Source of the DNA: a bacterium
GTDB taxonomy: Bacteria > Patescibacteriota > Minisyncoccia > UBA6257 > UBA9933
Assembly: GCA_021799155.1 (NCBI GenBank)
Contig: JAJZBA010000001.1
Coordinates: forward strand, 1-25,171
Direction: 5' to 3'
DNA length: 25,171 nt
The notes below the pieces were generated by a model. It was not told the DNA's origin. It ran no database searches and saw nothing but the letters and a program-made list of their open reading frames with translations. This document shows positions 1 to 7,976 of the stretch, piece after piece. A program made the translations under genes and the position numbers. The first letter of the stretch is position 1. Each line of letters begins with the position of its first letter.

Positions 1-200
1 CGATCTATTTTTATTTTATTTTTGACGCTTGACACTTGATTCATGACACATTTTTTCACTGGCGGGGGAGTAATAATCTTTTTTCTGCCAACCGGCTTAT
101 CGGGATTGCAAACAACGGCTTCGGGAATGAAACCTGCGTTTATAAGTTTTTCCAGTATAATTGCCGCAAATTCCGGCGTGCCGAAAAATATGTATTTCAT
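1..200 (-). CDS. fmt: Methionyl-tRNA formyltransferase, N-terminal part (runs off the window edge)
   Basis: Not in the ORF track. Manual translation from ATG at 200 gives [50 protein letters not shown]..., the classic Fmt N-terminus (FxGTPEFA, PDKPVGR, TPPPVK). Open to position 1 and directly downstream of def. Confidence 0.93.
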   Translation of the reverse strand, partial: MKYIFFGTPEFAAIILEKLINAGFIPEAVVCNPDKPVGRKKIITPPPVKKCVMNQVSSVKNKIKID

Positions 201-202
201 AA

Positions 203-320
203 AAGAATTTTTAATTTCTAATTTTAAATTTCTAATCAATTTTTAATGATTTAATTTTTAATGTTTGAAAATTGTAAAATTGAAAATTTAATGAAAATTG
301 AGAATTGAAAATTATAAATT
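203..320. repeat. Degenerate 7-nt repeat hairpin in the def-fmt intergenic space
   Basis: T-rich arm (aatttct/aatttta/aattttt) followed by a complementary A-rich arm (gaaaatt/taaaatt/gagaatt). Confidence 0.7.
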
Positions 321-321
321 A

Positions 322-855
322 TCATAATTCAGATTTTTTAATAGCATATACATTCTTGCATTTATCAATAAATAGAATTCCGTTAAGATGGTCTGTTTCG
401 TGCTGAAAAACCCTTGCTAACAATCCTTCGGCTTTAATTTTTATTTTTTCGCCGTTTTTGTTTTGACCGATTAAAGTGATTTTTTCCGGCCGCTCCACCT
501 CGCCGTAAACGCCGGGAACGCTTAAACAACCTTCTTCCATTACCGACGTTTTTTTGGAAAATTTTATGATTTCCGGATTAAAAATGGCGTAGAATTTCTC
601 TTGAGCATTAGTGATAGCGTTAACACTATCGGTGTTAAAAGACGGCGTTTTTGGAATTAAAACTATAAACATTTTAAAATTTAAACCAATTTGATTGGCG
701 GAAAGTCCGATGCCTTTGGCTTTAATCATTGTCTCGCGCATTTTTTTGATTAAATCGTTTATTTCTTTTTTTGTGAATTTTCCAAAATCAAAATCCGCGG
801 TTTTCTGCCGCAAAAATTTTTCCTCAGATTTATTGTTGACGGTAAAGATTTTCAT
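322..855 (-). CDS. def: Peptide deformylase
   Basis: All three PDF motifs: GIGLSANQIG, EGCLS, FQHETDHLNG. Start moved from 891 to ATG at 855 (MKIFTV). Ends in TGA. Confidence 0.96.
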   Translation of the reverse strand: MKIFTVNNKSEEKFLRQKTADFDFGKFTKKEINDLIKKMRETMIKAKGIGLSANQIGLNFKMFIVLIPKTPSFNTDSVNAITNAQEKFYAIFNPEIIKFSKKTSVMEEGCLSVPGVYGEVERPEKITLIGQNKNGEKIKIKAEGLLARVFQHETDHLNGILFIDKCKNVYAIKKSEL

Positions 856-948
856 TAGTATAATTAAATTACAATTCTCTGCAATATGCAAGAATTAATC
901 GAAGATATTGCTCTTTTATAAAATATTTTGAGAGGAAAGGAGGATAAA

Positions 949-1134
949 ATGAAAGAAAAAATCAAATACGGCACCATGGATGAATTATTAAAAAATGAAT
1001 TAGAAAATCCTCAATTTTTCGAGGGAGGAAGAACGACGACGAATATCTCTGCTTTAGCTAAGAAGATGAAAGAATATGATCCTGATGGTAAAAAAGCCGA
1101 CGCAATAGCGGAGAAATACAGAAAAAAATTATAA
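949..1134 (+). CDS. Hypothetical small protein (61 aa), SD-led
   Basis: AAAGGAGG at 936-943, 5 nt before ATG 949; first gene of a two-ORF unit ending in a terminator. Confidence 0.7.
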   Translation: MKEKIKYGTMDELLKNELENPQFFEGGRTTTNISALAKKMKEYDPDGKKADAIAEKYRKKL

Positions 1135-1168
1135 TTGGCTAATAAACAACCAAAAATGGAGGTATTAT

Positions 1169-1357
1169 ATGCGTAATGCAATGACAGCGGCAAAAAGAGA
1201 CAAAAGACTTAGTAGCCCAACAAAATGGGATTCTACAACAATGCGCATAGAACACAATCGCGAGTTTACTCCTCTGGGCAGGCGCATCTACGGCGAAGAA
1301 AGACCGAGCGATATTATAAGAATATGCACAGAAATTAAAAAACACTATAAACCGTAA
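1169..1357 (+). CDS. Hypothetical small basic protein (62 aa), SD-led
   Basis: GGAGGT at 1158-1163, 5 nt before ATG 1169; followed by an intrinsic terminator. Confidence 0.62.
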   Translation: MRNAMTAAKRDKRLSSPTKWDSTTMRIEHNREFTPLGRRIYGEERPSDIIRICTEIKKHYKP

Positions 1358-1367
1358 TGCTTCCAAA

Positions 1368-1398
1368 CGGGGATGTCTAAAAACATCCCCGCTTTTTA
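1368..1398 (+). terminator. Intrinsic terminator
   Basis: Stem CGGGGATGT / ACATCCCCG with loop CTAAAA, then CTTTTTAT. Confidence 0.8.
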
Positions 1399-1460
1399 TA
1401 TGAAATTTTGTTCAAAAATATCTTTTCATTTTTTTATTGAGTTCTTTTGAATTTTTTTGG

Positions 1461-1495
1461 AAAATAAAATCCCCACACGTGAATCCGTATGGGGA
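1461..1495 (-). terminator. Intrinsic terminator of the minus-strand islet operon
   Basis: Minus strand reads TCCCCATACG-GATTCA-CGTGTGGGGA-TTTTATTTT: 10-bp stem with one G-U pair plus a U tract. Confidence 0.8.
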
Positions 1496-1519
1496 GTAAT
1501 AAAAGAACACTGGTAAGAA

Positions 1520-1918
1520 TTATTCGGGCGGGAGGAAGAGGCTGTCAGGCGCTTCAACAATAGTGCATTTTGCTCCACCTCTTCCGGTTGCTGAGCCAGA
1601 ATATTCTCCGACCCACAGTTCGCCTTCGCGCTTAAACTTGTAGTAAATGATGTCGTTGCGGTTGTCGTATTTCTTTGCAAACTGCGCCTCTTTCTGGGTG
1701 ATTTTTACATCGAACAGCTCCGATTCGCCAAAATGATCAAACATTTCACCGATCAACTCTTGTTCGTTGTGAGGGTTAGGGAAAATCACCCCCGAGTACA
1801 TGAATCTGCAAAGCCCTTCATTGATTACAACGCCGACTCCGCCCTCAACTTCTGACCGATGAGCAACACTCAGCCAATTTTGATTTTGAAAGAAAAACCC
1901 CTGAATCAAGTGTGCCAT
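1520..1918 (-). CDS. Hypothetical protein (132 aa), SD-led
   Basis: Start reassigned from 2047 to ATG 1918 (MAHLIQGFFF), preceded by TAAGGAGGTG 4 nt upstream. No family recognised. Confidence 0.75.
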   Translation of the reverse strand: MAHLIQGFFFQNQNWLSVAHRSEVEGGVGVVINEGLCRFMYSGVIFPNPHNEQELIGEMFDHFGESELFDVKITQKEAQFAKKYDNRNDIIYYKFKREGELWVGEYSGSATGRGGAKCTIVEAPDSLFLPPE

Positions 1919-1977
1919 TCTACACCTCCTTATTGTATTGTTTGATTGATATGATTTGTTAATTTGAAATGGACTTA

Positions 1978-2208
1978 TTAACCGTTCAACCCGCCAGAAT
2001 ACGCAGAATGGCATGTCGGATAATCTTCGTTGAAAAACGAATGGCATGACTGACAGTGATTAATAATGAATCTTCCTTCATGACGGTAATAAATCTTAGT
2101 TTCTTTGTTGCATTTTGGGCATATTTCTGTTGTTTCTCCATACCTGATTGTAAGTAGTTTTTTCGCTTCCTTACATTCTTCGCAAATTTGTGCCTGATTC
2201 TTACTCAT
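1978..2208 (-). CDS. Small zinc-ribbon-like protein, SD-led
   Basis: Three CxxC motifs (CEEC, CPKC, CQSC) plus a further Cys in 76 aa; AAAGGAGG 4 nt before ATG. Confidence 0.72.
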   Translation of the reverse strand: MSKNQAQICEECKEAKKLLTIRYGETTEICPKCNKETKIYYRHEGRFIINHCQSCHSFFNEDYPTCHSAYSGGLNG

Positions 2209-2319
2209 ATCGCCTCCTTTTGTCTAAAAAATTTTGTTGAATTTAAGACTTTTAACTTCTCGTTCTCCTTTCATTTTTTATTATTAATGTTCAGAAAATA
2301 AAAAATTTCATTTTCAAAA

Positions 2320-2348
2320 AACATATCAGAAAATCACCACCCTGTCAA
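2320..2348 (-). promoter_or_regulatory. Putative sigma70 promoter for the 2208-1520 operon
   Basis: Minus strand TTGACA (2348-2343), 17-nt spacer, TATGTT (2325-2320). Confidence 0.5.
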
Positions 2349-2446
2349 GCCCATGGCCAAAAAAATTCAAAAGGGCTCTTTAACCCGCCTACCACACCAG
2401 CCGGCGGATTCGGATGGGTAAATAAAGACTATATTTTGAAAAAAAC

Positions 2447-2746
2447 TCATTCTCCACTGCGTCTAATTCTCTTTTTTATTTTTACTGTTTTTAAAAACGA
2501 TTTATTTTGCAATACTTTCATAAAATACGCGCCCTTATTTTTTATGTTTTTCCTTTCCGCCACGTCTTTGGCGATTCTTAATAAATCGTCGCTATTATGC
2601 TTTTTCGCCAGCTTAATGTAAAGCGACTTATGTTTTTCGTCGTTTAATAACTGAGCGATCAAAAGACCTGTTAATTGGTATTTTTTATAGACCCGGCTCT
2701 TTTGGGCGCGTTCTTTAAGAATTTCCAAATAATCTTTTTCTTCCAT
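2447..2746 (-). CDS. Small helical hypothetical protein (99 aa)
   Basis: Start moved to ATG 2746 (MEEKDYLE); the 2893 start would overlap the divergent fur/perR gene and its promoter. C-terminal KNKGAYFMKVL motif. Confidence 0.75.
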   Translation of the reverse strand: MEEKDYLEILKERAQKSRVYKKYQLTGLLIAQLLNDEKHKSLYIKLAKKHNSDDLLRIAKDVAERKNIKNKGAYFMKVLQNKSFLKTVKIKKRIRRSGE

Positions 2747-2774
2747 TTTTATAATTCTATCAAATTTCAGGCTC

Positions 2775-2819
2775 TTGACAAATCTTTTATTAAGAATATT
2801 ATTTAAATAATAATTATTA
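2775..2819 (+). promoter_or_regulatory. Putative sigma70 promoter with an overlapping Per/Fur-like box
   Basis: TTGACA 2775-2780, 16-nt spacer, TATTAT 2797-2802. AAATAATAATTATTA (2805-2819) matches 11 of 14 positions of the 7-1-7 Per box TTATAATnATTATAA. The AT-rich context weakens the call. Confidence 0.45.
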
Positions 2820-2830
2820 CTAATAAGAAA

Positions 2831-3193
2831 ATGGAGAGAAAAACATCCCAAAAAGAAACAATCATTCAATATTTGAAAAGCGTCAAAAGTCATCCGACGG
2901 CCGAAGAAGTTTATTTGGCGGTTAAAAGAAAACTGCCGCGAATCAGCTTAGGAACAGTTTATCGGATTTTAAATAATTTCAAAGAAAAGGGAGAAGTTTT
3001 AGAATTAGAAGGCGAGATTAATCGCTACGACGGCTATGTAAAACCTCATAATCATTTTATTTGCGAAAAATGTCAAAAAATTTACGATATTGAAGAAAAA
3101 ATTGATTTAAAACCGGAGAAAATAAAAATTGGAAAAGTTAATAAATATCAAATTTATTTTTACGGTTTATGTAAAAAATGCAAAGGTCGATAA
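2831..3193 (+). CDS. perR: Fur-family regulator, PerR-like
   Basis: HPTAEEVY, SLGTVYR, RYD, HNHFIC-xx-C, IYD and C-terminal CxxC. Asp (not Glu) after the first CxxC and linkage to ahpC favour PerR over Fur. Confidence 0.82.
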   Translation: MERKTSQKETIIQYLKSVKSHPTAEEVYLAVKRKLPRISLGTVYRILNNFKEKGEVLELEGEINRYDGYVKPHNHFICEKCQKIYDIEEKIDLKPEKIKIGKVNKYQIYFYGLCKKCKGR

Positions 3194-3210
3194 CGTTATA
3201 AATCAAAAAC

Positions 3211-3489
3211 ATGCTTTCACAAATACCAATCAATTTTGAAAAAGTTAAAAAAGAAGATTTGGACAAAGAAATTTTAAGAGTCGGAATGATAGCCGAGCTG
3301 GACGCAGTTAGTCTTTACGAACAGTTGGCGGAAATGACGGAAAACGAAAAAATCAAAAAAGTTCTCTTAGATATCGCCAAAGAAGAAAAAACCCATATCG
3401 GAGAATTTCAGGCACTACTTTTGGAGCGCGACCAGGAGCAGGTAGAGGAATTAAAAAAAGGAAAAGAAGAAGTCGAAGAATTAAAATAG
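3211..3489 (+). CDS. Short ferritin-like protein of the encapsulated-ferritin (EncFtn/Flp) type
   Basis: ILRVGMIAELDAVSLYEQ ... LLDIAKEEKTHIGEF ... DQEQVEEL matches the two-helix EncFtn ferroxidase pattern (E-x6-Y, EExxH). Confidence 0.85.
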   Translation: MLSQIPINFEKVKKEDLDKEILRVGMIAELDAVSLYEQLAEMTENEKIKKVLLDIAKEEKTHIGEFQALLLERDQEQVEELKKGKEEVEELK

Positions 3490-3526
3490 TAAAAAGTCGA
3501 AAATAATCACAAACAAAATAAATATT

Positions 3527-4093
3527 ATGGAAAATTTAATCGGTAAAAAAATTCAGGATTTTGAATTGGAGGCTTATCACGAAAACAAAATCAAAAAAAT
3601 CAAATTTTCCGATTACAAAGGAAAATGGATAGTTTTGATTTTTTATCCGGCTGATTTTACTTTTGTCTGTCCGACCGAACTGGAAGAAGCGGCCGAACTT
3701 TATCCGGAATTTAAAAAATTAGGAGCCGAAGTTTTAAGCGTTTCAACGGACACAGTTTTCGTTCATAAAGCCTGGCACGACGCCTCAAAAGCCATCAAAA
3801 AAATCAAATACCCGATGCTGGCCGACCCAACCGGAAAACTCTGCCGCGCTTTAGGGACTTATATCGAAGAAGAAGGTTTATCGCTGAGAGGAAGCTTTAT
3901 TATTGACCCCAACGGTGTAATTAAAGCTTACGAAATCCACGATAATAGTATCGGCCGAAGCGCCAAAGAACTATTAAGAAAACTTCAGGCCGCCAGGTTT
4001 GTTTCCGAACATAAAGGCCAAGTTTGTCCGGCAAGCTGGACTCCCGGTAAAAAAACCTTAAAACCGGGGCTGGACTTAGTAGGAAAAATATAA
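3527..4093 (+). CDS. ahpC: 2-Cys peroxiredoxin AhpC
   Basis: FYPADFTFVCPTE peroxidatic motif and VCPA resolving motif. Confidence 0.97.
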   Translation: MENLIGKKIQDFELEAYHENKIKKIKFSDYKGKWIVLIFYPADFTFVCPTELEEAAELYPEFKKLGAEVLSVSTDTVFVHKAWHDASKAIKKIKYPMLADPTGKLCRALGTYIEEEGLSLRGSFIIDPNGVIKAYEIHDNSIGRSAKELLRKLQAARFVSEHKGQVCPASWTPGKKTLKPGLDLVGKI

Positions 4094-4111
4094 TCTGATA
4101 TAATTAAATTC

Positions 4112-4149
4112 AAAAATAAAACCAGGGTGAGGCTGGTTTTATTTTTTTT
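4112..4149 (+). terminator. Intrinsic terminator after ahpC
   Basis: AAAAATAAAACCAG / CTGGTTTTATTTTT inverted repeat with a T tract. Confidence 0.75.
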
Positions 4150-4169
4150 ATACGTTAAAATAAATAAGT

Positions 4170-4736
4170 ATGCGTCGTCTTTTTATCGCGATAAATCTGC
4201 CGGAAAATATCAAACGACAAATAGAAAACCTTGTTTCTCAAATAAAAATAGACGCCGATATCCGCTGGATCGCACCGGAGAATTGGCATTTAACTATTAC
4301 TTTTTTAGGCTATCAGCCAGATGAAGCAATTAAACTAATTTTAGAATCTCTTAAAGAAACAGCCGCAAGTTTCAAAACGCCGGAGATTAAATTCGAAAAA
4401 ATTATCTTCGGCCCGCCAAATAAATCTCCGAGAATGATTTGGCTGACAACCGCAAAAGAAACGTCTCAAAAACTTTCCACTATTAAAATTTATCTGGAAA
4501 ATGCTTTAATTAAGAACGGCGTGCGGTTTAAAAAAGAAAATAGAGAATATAACGGCCATCTTACTTTAGCGCGATTTCCTCAAACACAGATAACCCCAAA
4601 AATAAATACTTCGCACCGCTACGAATCAACATTGGCGTTTTACGCCACAAATTTAGATTTAATGGAATCGCGTCTTAAAAAAACCGGTTCGGAATATGAA
4701 GTTTTGGCAAAAGTGGATTTTTTAAAACAAATTTGA
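4170..4736 (+). CDS. thpR: RNA 2',3'-cyclic phosphodiesterase (2H phosphoesterase)
   Basis: N-terminal RLFIAI and two HxT motifs (WHLTITFLG, GHLTLAR). Confidence 0.92.
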   Translation: MRRLFIAINLPENIKRQIENLVSQIKIDADIRWIAPENWHLTITFLGYQPDEAIKLILESLKETAASFKTPEIKFEKIIFGPPNKSPRMIWLTTAKETSQKLSTIKIYLENALIKNGVRFKKENREYNGHLTLARFPQTQITPKINTSHRYESTLAFYATNLDLMESRLKKTGSEYEVLAKVDFLKQI

Positions 4737-4749
4737 TAGAATTAATTCA

Positions 4750-5982
4750 ATGAAAAAAATTCTTAAAAATCGGTATTTTGCAATCGGTATTTTAATTATC
4801 GTCGTTGCCGCCCTGACCGGCGGGGCTTTTTATTTTGGATATAAAAGGGGGACGGAAAAACCGCAGACCGTTATTATTCGCGGAGTGGCAAATCTGGAAG
4901 AGGGGAATGTTGAAGCAGTTGATTTTTCTCTTTTTTGGGACGCTTGGAAAACATTAAAAGACAAATACGTTGGGGCAGATAAAATCAATAACCAAGACTT
5001 GGTTTACGGCGCGGTTTCCGGATTATTCGGAGCGCTGAAAGATCCGAATTCTGTCTTTTTTCCGCCATCGGACGCTAAAAAATTTGAAGAAGACATTGCC
5101 GGAGAGTTTTCCGGCATCGGCGCGGAAATCGGCATCAGAAACGACCAGTTAGTCATTATCGCTCCGCTTAAAAATTCGCCGGCCGAAAAAGCGGGTCTGA
5201 AAGCCGGGGATAAAATCATAAAAATTAACGACGCTTTTACCGTTGGCCTAAATGTTGACGAAGCCGTTAAATTAATCAGAGGTGAAAGAGGAACAAAAGT
5301 GATTTTGACAATTTCAAGAAACGGTTGGGAAAAATCAAAAGAAATTTCCATTATCAGAGATATTATTCAAGTCCCAACAATTGATTGGGAAATTAAAGAC
5401 AACAATATTGCTTATATTCATTTGTATAATTTTTACGAAAAAGCGCCGTTTTTGCTTTATCAAGCGATTTCCGAAATTGTTTTTAAAAATCCGAAAGGCA
5501 TTATTCTTGATTTGAGAGACAATCCGGGCGGATATTTAGAAGGGGCGGTTAATATTGCCGGTTGGTTCTTAGATCCCGGTAAAGTAGTTGTTAGCGAAGA
5601 ATTTCGTTCCGGCAAGAAAGAAGTTTTTAAAACTTACGGCAGCGGCTTATTTGACGGCTTTCCGATGGTTGTTTTAGTCAACGAAGGCTCGGCTTCGGCT
5701 TCGGAAATTTTAGCCGGCGCCCTGCGGGATAACAATAAAATTAAATTAATCGGCAAAAAAACTTTCGGAAAAGGAACTGTTCAGGAATTGGAAACGCTTA
5801 AAGACGGCTCAATGGTTAAAATTACAGTCGCTCACTGGCTGATGCCTAATGGCGGACTAATAGAAAAAAACGGCTTGAATCCGGATTATGAAGTCGACTT
5901 AACCGAAGAAGACGTTAAAGCCGGCAGAGACCCGCAGTTGGAAAAAGCAGTGGAAATTTTGAAATCGGAGATTTTAAAATAA
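4750..5982 (+). CDS. ctpA: S41 family C-terminal processing peptidase with PDZ domain
   Basis: N-terminal TM segment, GIG PDZ loop, ILDLRDNPGG, SASASEI, TFGKGTVQ, DPQLEKA. Confidence 0.93.
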   Translation: MKKILKNRYFAIGILIIVVAALTGGAFYFGYKRGTEKPQTVIIRGVANLEEGNVEAVDFSLFWDAWKTLKDKYVGADKINNQDLVYGAVSGLFGALKDPNSVFFPPSDAKKFEEDIAGEFSGIGAEIGIRNDQLVIIAPLKNSPAEKAGLKAGDKIIKINDAFTVGLNVDEAVKLIRGERGTKVILTISRNGWEKSKEISIIRDIIQVPTIDWEIKDNNIAYIHLYNFYEKAPFLLYQAISEIVFKNPKGIILDLRDNPGGYLEGAVNIAGWFLDPGKVVVSEEFRSGKKEVFKTYGSGLFDGFPMVVLVNEGSASASEILAGALRDNNKIKLIGKKTFGKGTVQELETLKDGSMVKITVAHWLMPNGGLIEKNGLNPDYEVDLTEEDVKAGRDPQLEKAVEILKSEILK

Positions 5983-6093
5983 ATTCCAAATCACAAACAA
6001 ATTTTCTAAATTCTAATTTCCAAATTCAAAACGTGAGTTTAGAATTTTGACATTTGATATTGTTTGTAATTTGGTGCTTGGGATTTGGAATTT
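5981..6093. repeat. 113-bp heptamer-repeat hairpin, copy 1 (inverted partner at 6907-7019)
   Basis: 111/113 identical to the reverse complement of 6907-7019; internally self-complementary (AAATTCCAAATC ... GATTTGGAATTT). Confidence 0.95.
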
Positions 6094-6101
6094 AATATAA
6101 T

Positions 6102-6563
6102 ATGCAAGTAATTCTTCTCCAAGACATAAAATCGCTCGGTAAAAAATTTGACGTGAAAGAAGTCAAAGACGGTTATGCTCGCAATTTTTTAATTCCTAAA
6201 GGACTGGCAAAAATCGCAACCGATGCCGCAGTAAAAGAATTAGAATTAAAAAAAGCGGCTCAAGAAAAAGAAGAAAAAGAAACAAAGGATAAACTGGAAA
6301 CACTGGCCGAAAAATTGACGGATAAAGAATTTCAATTCGCGGTTAAGGTCGGAGAAAAAGATGAGGTCTTCGGTTCTGTTAATAAAAACGACATTAAAGC
6401 GTTGATTTGCGCAGAAATAGACGCCGATTTACGAAAACGCATCGAAGATAAAATAGAAATAAATTTAGAGCGGCCAATAAAAACACTCGGTGAACACCAA
6501 GTAGAAATTGATTTAGGAAAAGGAGTTAAGACGAAAATTAAACTGAAAGTACTTGCCCAGTAG
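6102..6563 (+). CDS. rplI: 50S ribosomal protein L9
   Basis: MQVILLQDIKSLGK, VKDGYARNFLIP, FGSV, PIKTLGEH. Confidence 0.97.
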   Translation: MQVILLQDIKSLGKKFDVKEVKDGYARNFLIPKGLAKIATDAAVKELELKKAAQEKEEKETKDKLETLAEKLTDKEFQFAVKVGEKDEVFGSVNKNDIKALICAEIDADLRKRIEDKIEINLERPIKTLGEHQVEIDLGKGVKTKIKLKVLAQ

Positions 6564-6632
6564 TAAAAATTTGGTTTGCGCCTACGGCGCGCATTTTTTT
6601 ATAAAAAATGCAAACCAAAAATTTCACTACTG
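6558..6632. terminator. Composite inverted repeat between convergent rplI and rpmA (possible bidirectional terminator)
   Basis: CAGTAG..AAATTTGGTTTGC / GCAAACCAAAAATTT..CTACTG outer arms, inner GCATTTTTT / AAAAAATGC and a GCGCC-TAC-GGCGC mini-hairpin. Confidence 0.55.
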
Positions 6633-6899
6633 GACTTGGACAACCTTAACCTTTCGGCTGTTGCCGTCAAAACAAACTTTTTTCTTGGAAACAAATTTAA
6701 CGACGCCTGATTTCAAAGCGTAAAGAGTATCGTCTTTGCCGCGGCCGACGTTTAAACCGGCAAGATATTTGGTGCCGCGCTGTCGAATCAAAATTTCGCC
6801 GGCTTTAACCATTTCTCTGTTTTGTCTTTTTACGCCCAATCTTTTGGAAATCGAATCTCTCCCTAATTTAGTTGAACCGTAGGATTTAGTATGTGCCAT
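6627..6899 (-). CDS. rpmA: 50S ribosomal protein L27
   Basis: [36 protein letters not shown]. Start set to ATG 6899; the upstream extension in the ORF track is repeat sequence. Confidence 0.97.
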   Translation of the reverse strand: MAHTKSYGSTKLGRDSISKRLGVKRQNREMVKAGEILIRQRGTKYLAGLNVGRGKDDTLYALKSGVVKFVSKKKVCFDGNSRKVKVVQVQ

Positions 6900-6906
6900 A
6901 ATAATA

Positions 6907-7019
6907 AAATTCCAAATCCCAAGCACCAAATTACAAACAATATCAAATGTCAAAATTCTAAACTCGTGTTTTGAATTTGGAAATTAGAATTTAGAAAATT
7001 TGTTTGTGATTTGGAATTT
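6907..7019. repeat. 113-bp heptamer-repeat hairpin, copy 2 (inverted relative to 5981-6093)
   Basis: Only two substitutions versus copy 1, both in the hairpin loop (ACGTGAG vs ACACGAG). Confidence 0.95.
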
Positions 7020-7062
7020 GTGATTTGGTATTTCTTTGAATTATATTATATAATTCAAAGGT

Positions 7063-7779
7063 ATGTCAATAACCAGTAAACTTATTTTTGATATTGAAAC
7101 CGTCGGCGTTGATTTTGATTCCCTAGATAAAACTACTCAAGACTCTCTTACGCGCTGGATTAAAAAAGAATCGGTCGGTGAAGAAGAATATCAGGTGGCG
7201 CTGGAAGAACTGAAAAACGGACTCGGTTTTTCACCTTTAACCGGAGAAATAGTAGTTATCGGCGTTTTAGATTATGTAAAAAATCAAGGCGTTGTTTATT
7301 TTCAAGCCCCCAATCAAGAAATAAAAGAATTTTGTGAAGATAATATTACATTTAAACAAGCCACCGAAAAAGAAATGCTGGAGCATTTTTGGAATGGCGC
7401 CAAAATGTACGATGAATTTATCGGATTCAATAGCCGGCAGTTTGACGGCCCGTTTTTAATGATCCGTTCGGCTTACCACGGCATCAAGCCGACTAAAAAT
7501 CTTTCCGAAAGCCGGTATTTATACCAACAAAAAACCTGCGCTCATATTGATTTGGCGGACCAACTCACTTTTCAAGGCAATATGAGAAAAAAGGGGAGCC
7601 TGCATTTGTGGAGCAAACTTTTTGACATAAAAAGCCCCAAAGAAGACGGCGTTACCGGAGACGATATGGGCCGACTATTCAAAGAGAAAAAATTTTTAGA
7701 TATTGCGAGATATAATGCGGGCGATCTCCGGGCAACTAAAAAACTTTACGAAAAGTGGAACCAATATCTTAATATTTAA
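7063..7779 (+). CDS. RNase H-like 3'-5' exonuclease domain protein (PolB-exonuclease-like / YprB-like)
   Basis: LIFDIET (ExoI), FNSRQFDGPF (ExoII), YNAGDL (ExoIII): DEDD-type motif set. Confidence 0.8.
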   Translation: MSITSKLIFDIETVGVDFDSLDKTTQDSLTRWIKKESVGEEEYQVALEELKNGLGFSPLTGEIVVIGVLDYVKNQGVVYFQAPNQEIKEFCEDNITFKQATEKEMLEHFWNGAKMYDEFIGFNSRQFDGPFLMIRSAYHGIKPTKNLSESRYLYQQKTCAHIDLADQLTFQGNMRKKGSLHLWSKLFDIKSPKEDGVTGDDMGRLFKEKKFLDIARYNAGDLRATKKLYEKWNQYLNI

Positions 7780-7830
7780 TTCAAAATTCAAAAATCAAAA
7801 TGCAAAATTACAAATCAAAAATAAAAAATA
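7780..7830 (+). repeat. A-rich heptamer array (TCAAAAT-like)
   Basis: TCAAAAT TCAAAAA TCAAAAT GCAAAAT TACAAAT CAAAAAT; contains the ATG of the next ORF. Confidence 0.8.
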
Positions 7831-7976
7831 CAAGAGAATGGTTAGAAAATAATCTCCGAACAATTATTCTTTTCTTTTTAATATTTCTGGTTAGTTCGAT
7901 TAGTTTTGGTTTGGGTTATTTGGTTAATCGCGAATTCACCCATACACCAATTATTATTGAGAAAACATGCAATTAA
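7800..7976 (+). CDS. Small single-pass membrane protein (58 aa), missed by the ORF track
   Basis: Manual translation: MQNYKSKIKNTREWLENNLRTIILFFLIFLVSSISFGLGYLVNREFTHTPIIIEKTCN*. One clear TM helix; 21 nt after the upstream stop. Confidence 0.72.
   Translation: MQNYKSKIKNTREWLENNLRTIILFFLIFLVSSISFGLGYLVNREFTHTPIIIEKTCN

Noticed and set aside
36-246. ORF-track ORFs 36-221 and 43-246 on the plus strand
   Set aside because: Shadow frames of fmt on the minus strand.
322-324. Alternative genetic code (UGA read as Gly, as in Gracilibacteria/Absconditabacteria)
   Set aside because: Core genes translate full length in code 11 and def ends at TGA at the expected length.
949-1357. Toxin-antitoxin pair
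   Set aside because: The first ORF's DELLKNELENPQF faintly recalls antitoxin N-termini, but there is no HTH/RHH and the second ORF has no RelE/HigB/HicA/PIN motif I can recognise.
1426-1680. ORF 1426-1680 and other short overlapping or antisense ORFs (695, 1011, 1139, 2436, 4127, 5004, 8493, 8747, 8899, 9848, 9895, 11733, 12739, 13563, 13609, 14045, 14377, 15263-15797, 15858, 16474, 17266, 18700, 18930, 20045, 20484)
   Set aside because: They overlap better-supported genes or cross terminators and have no recognisable motifs.
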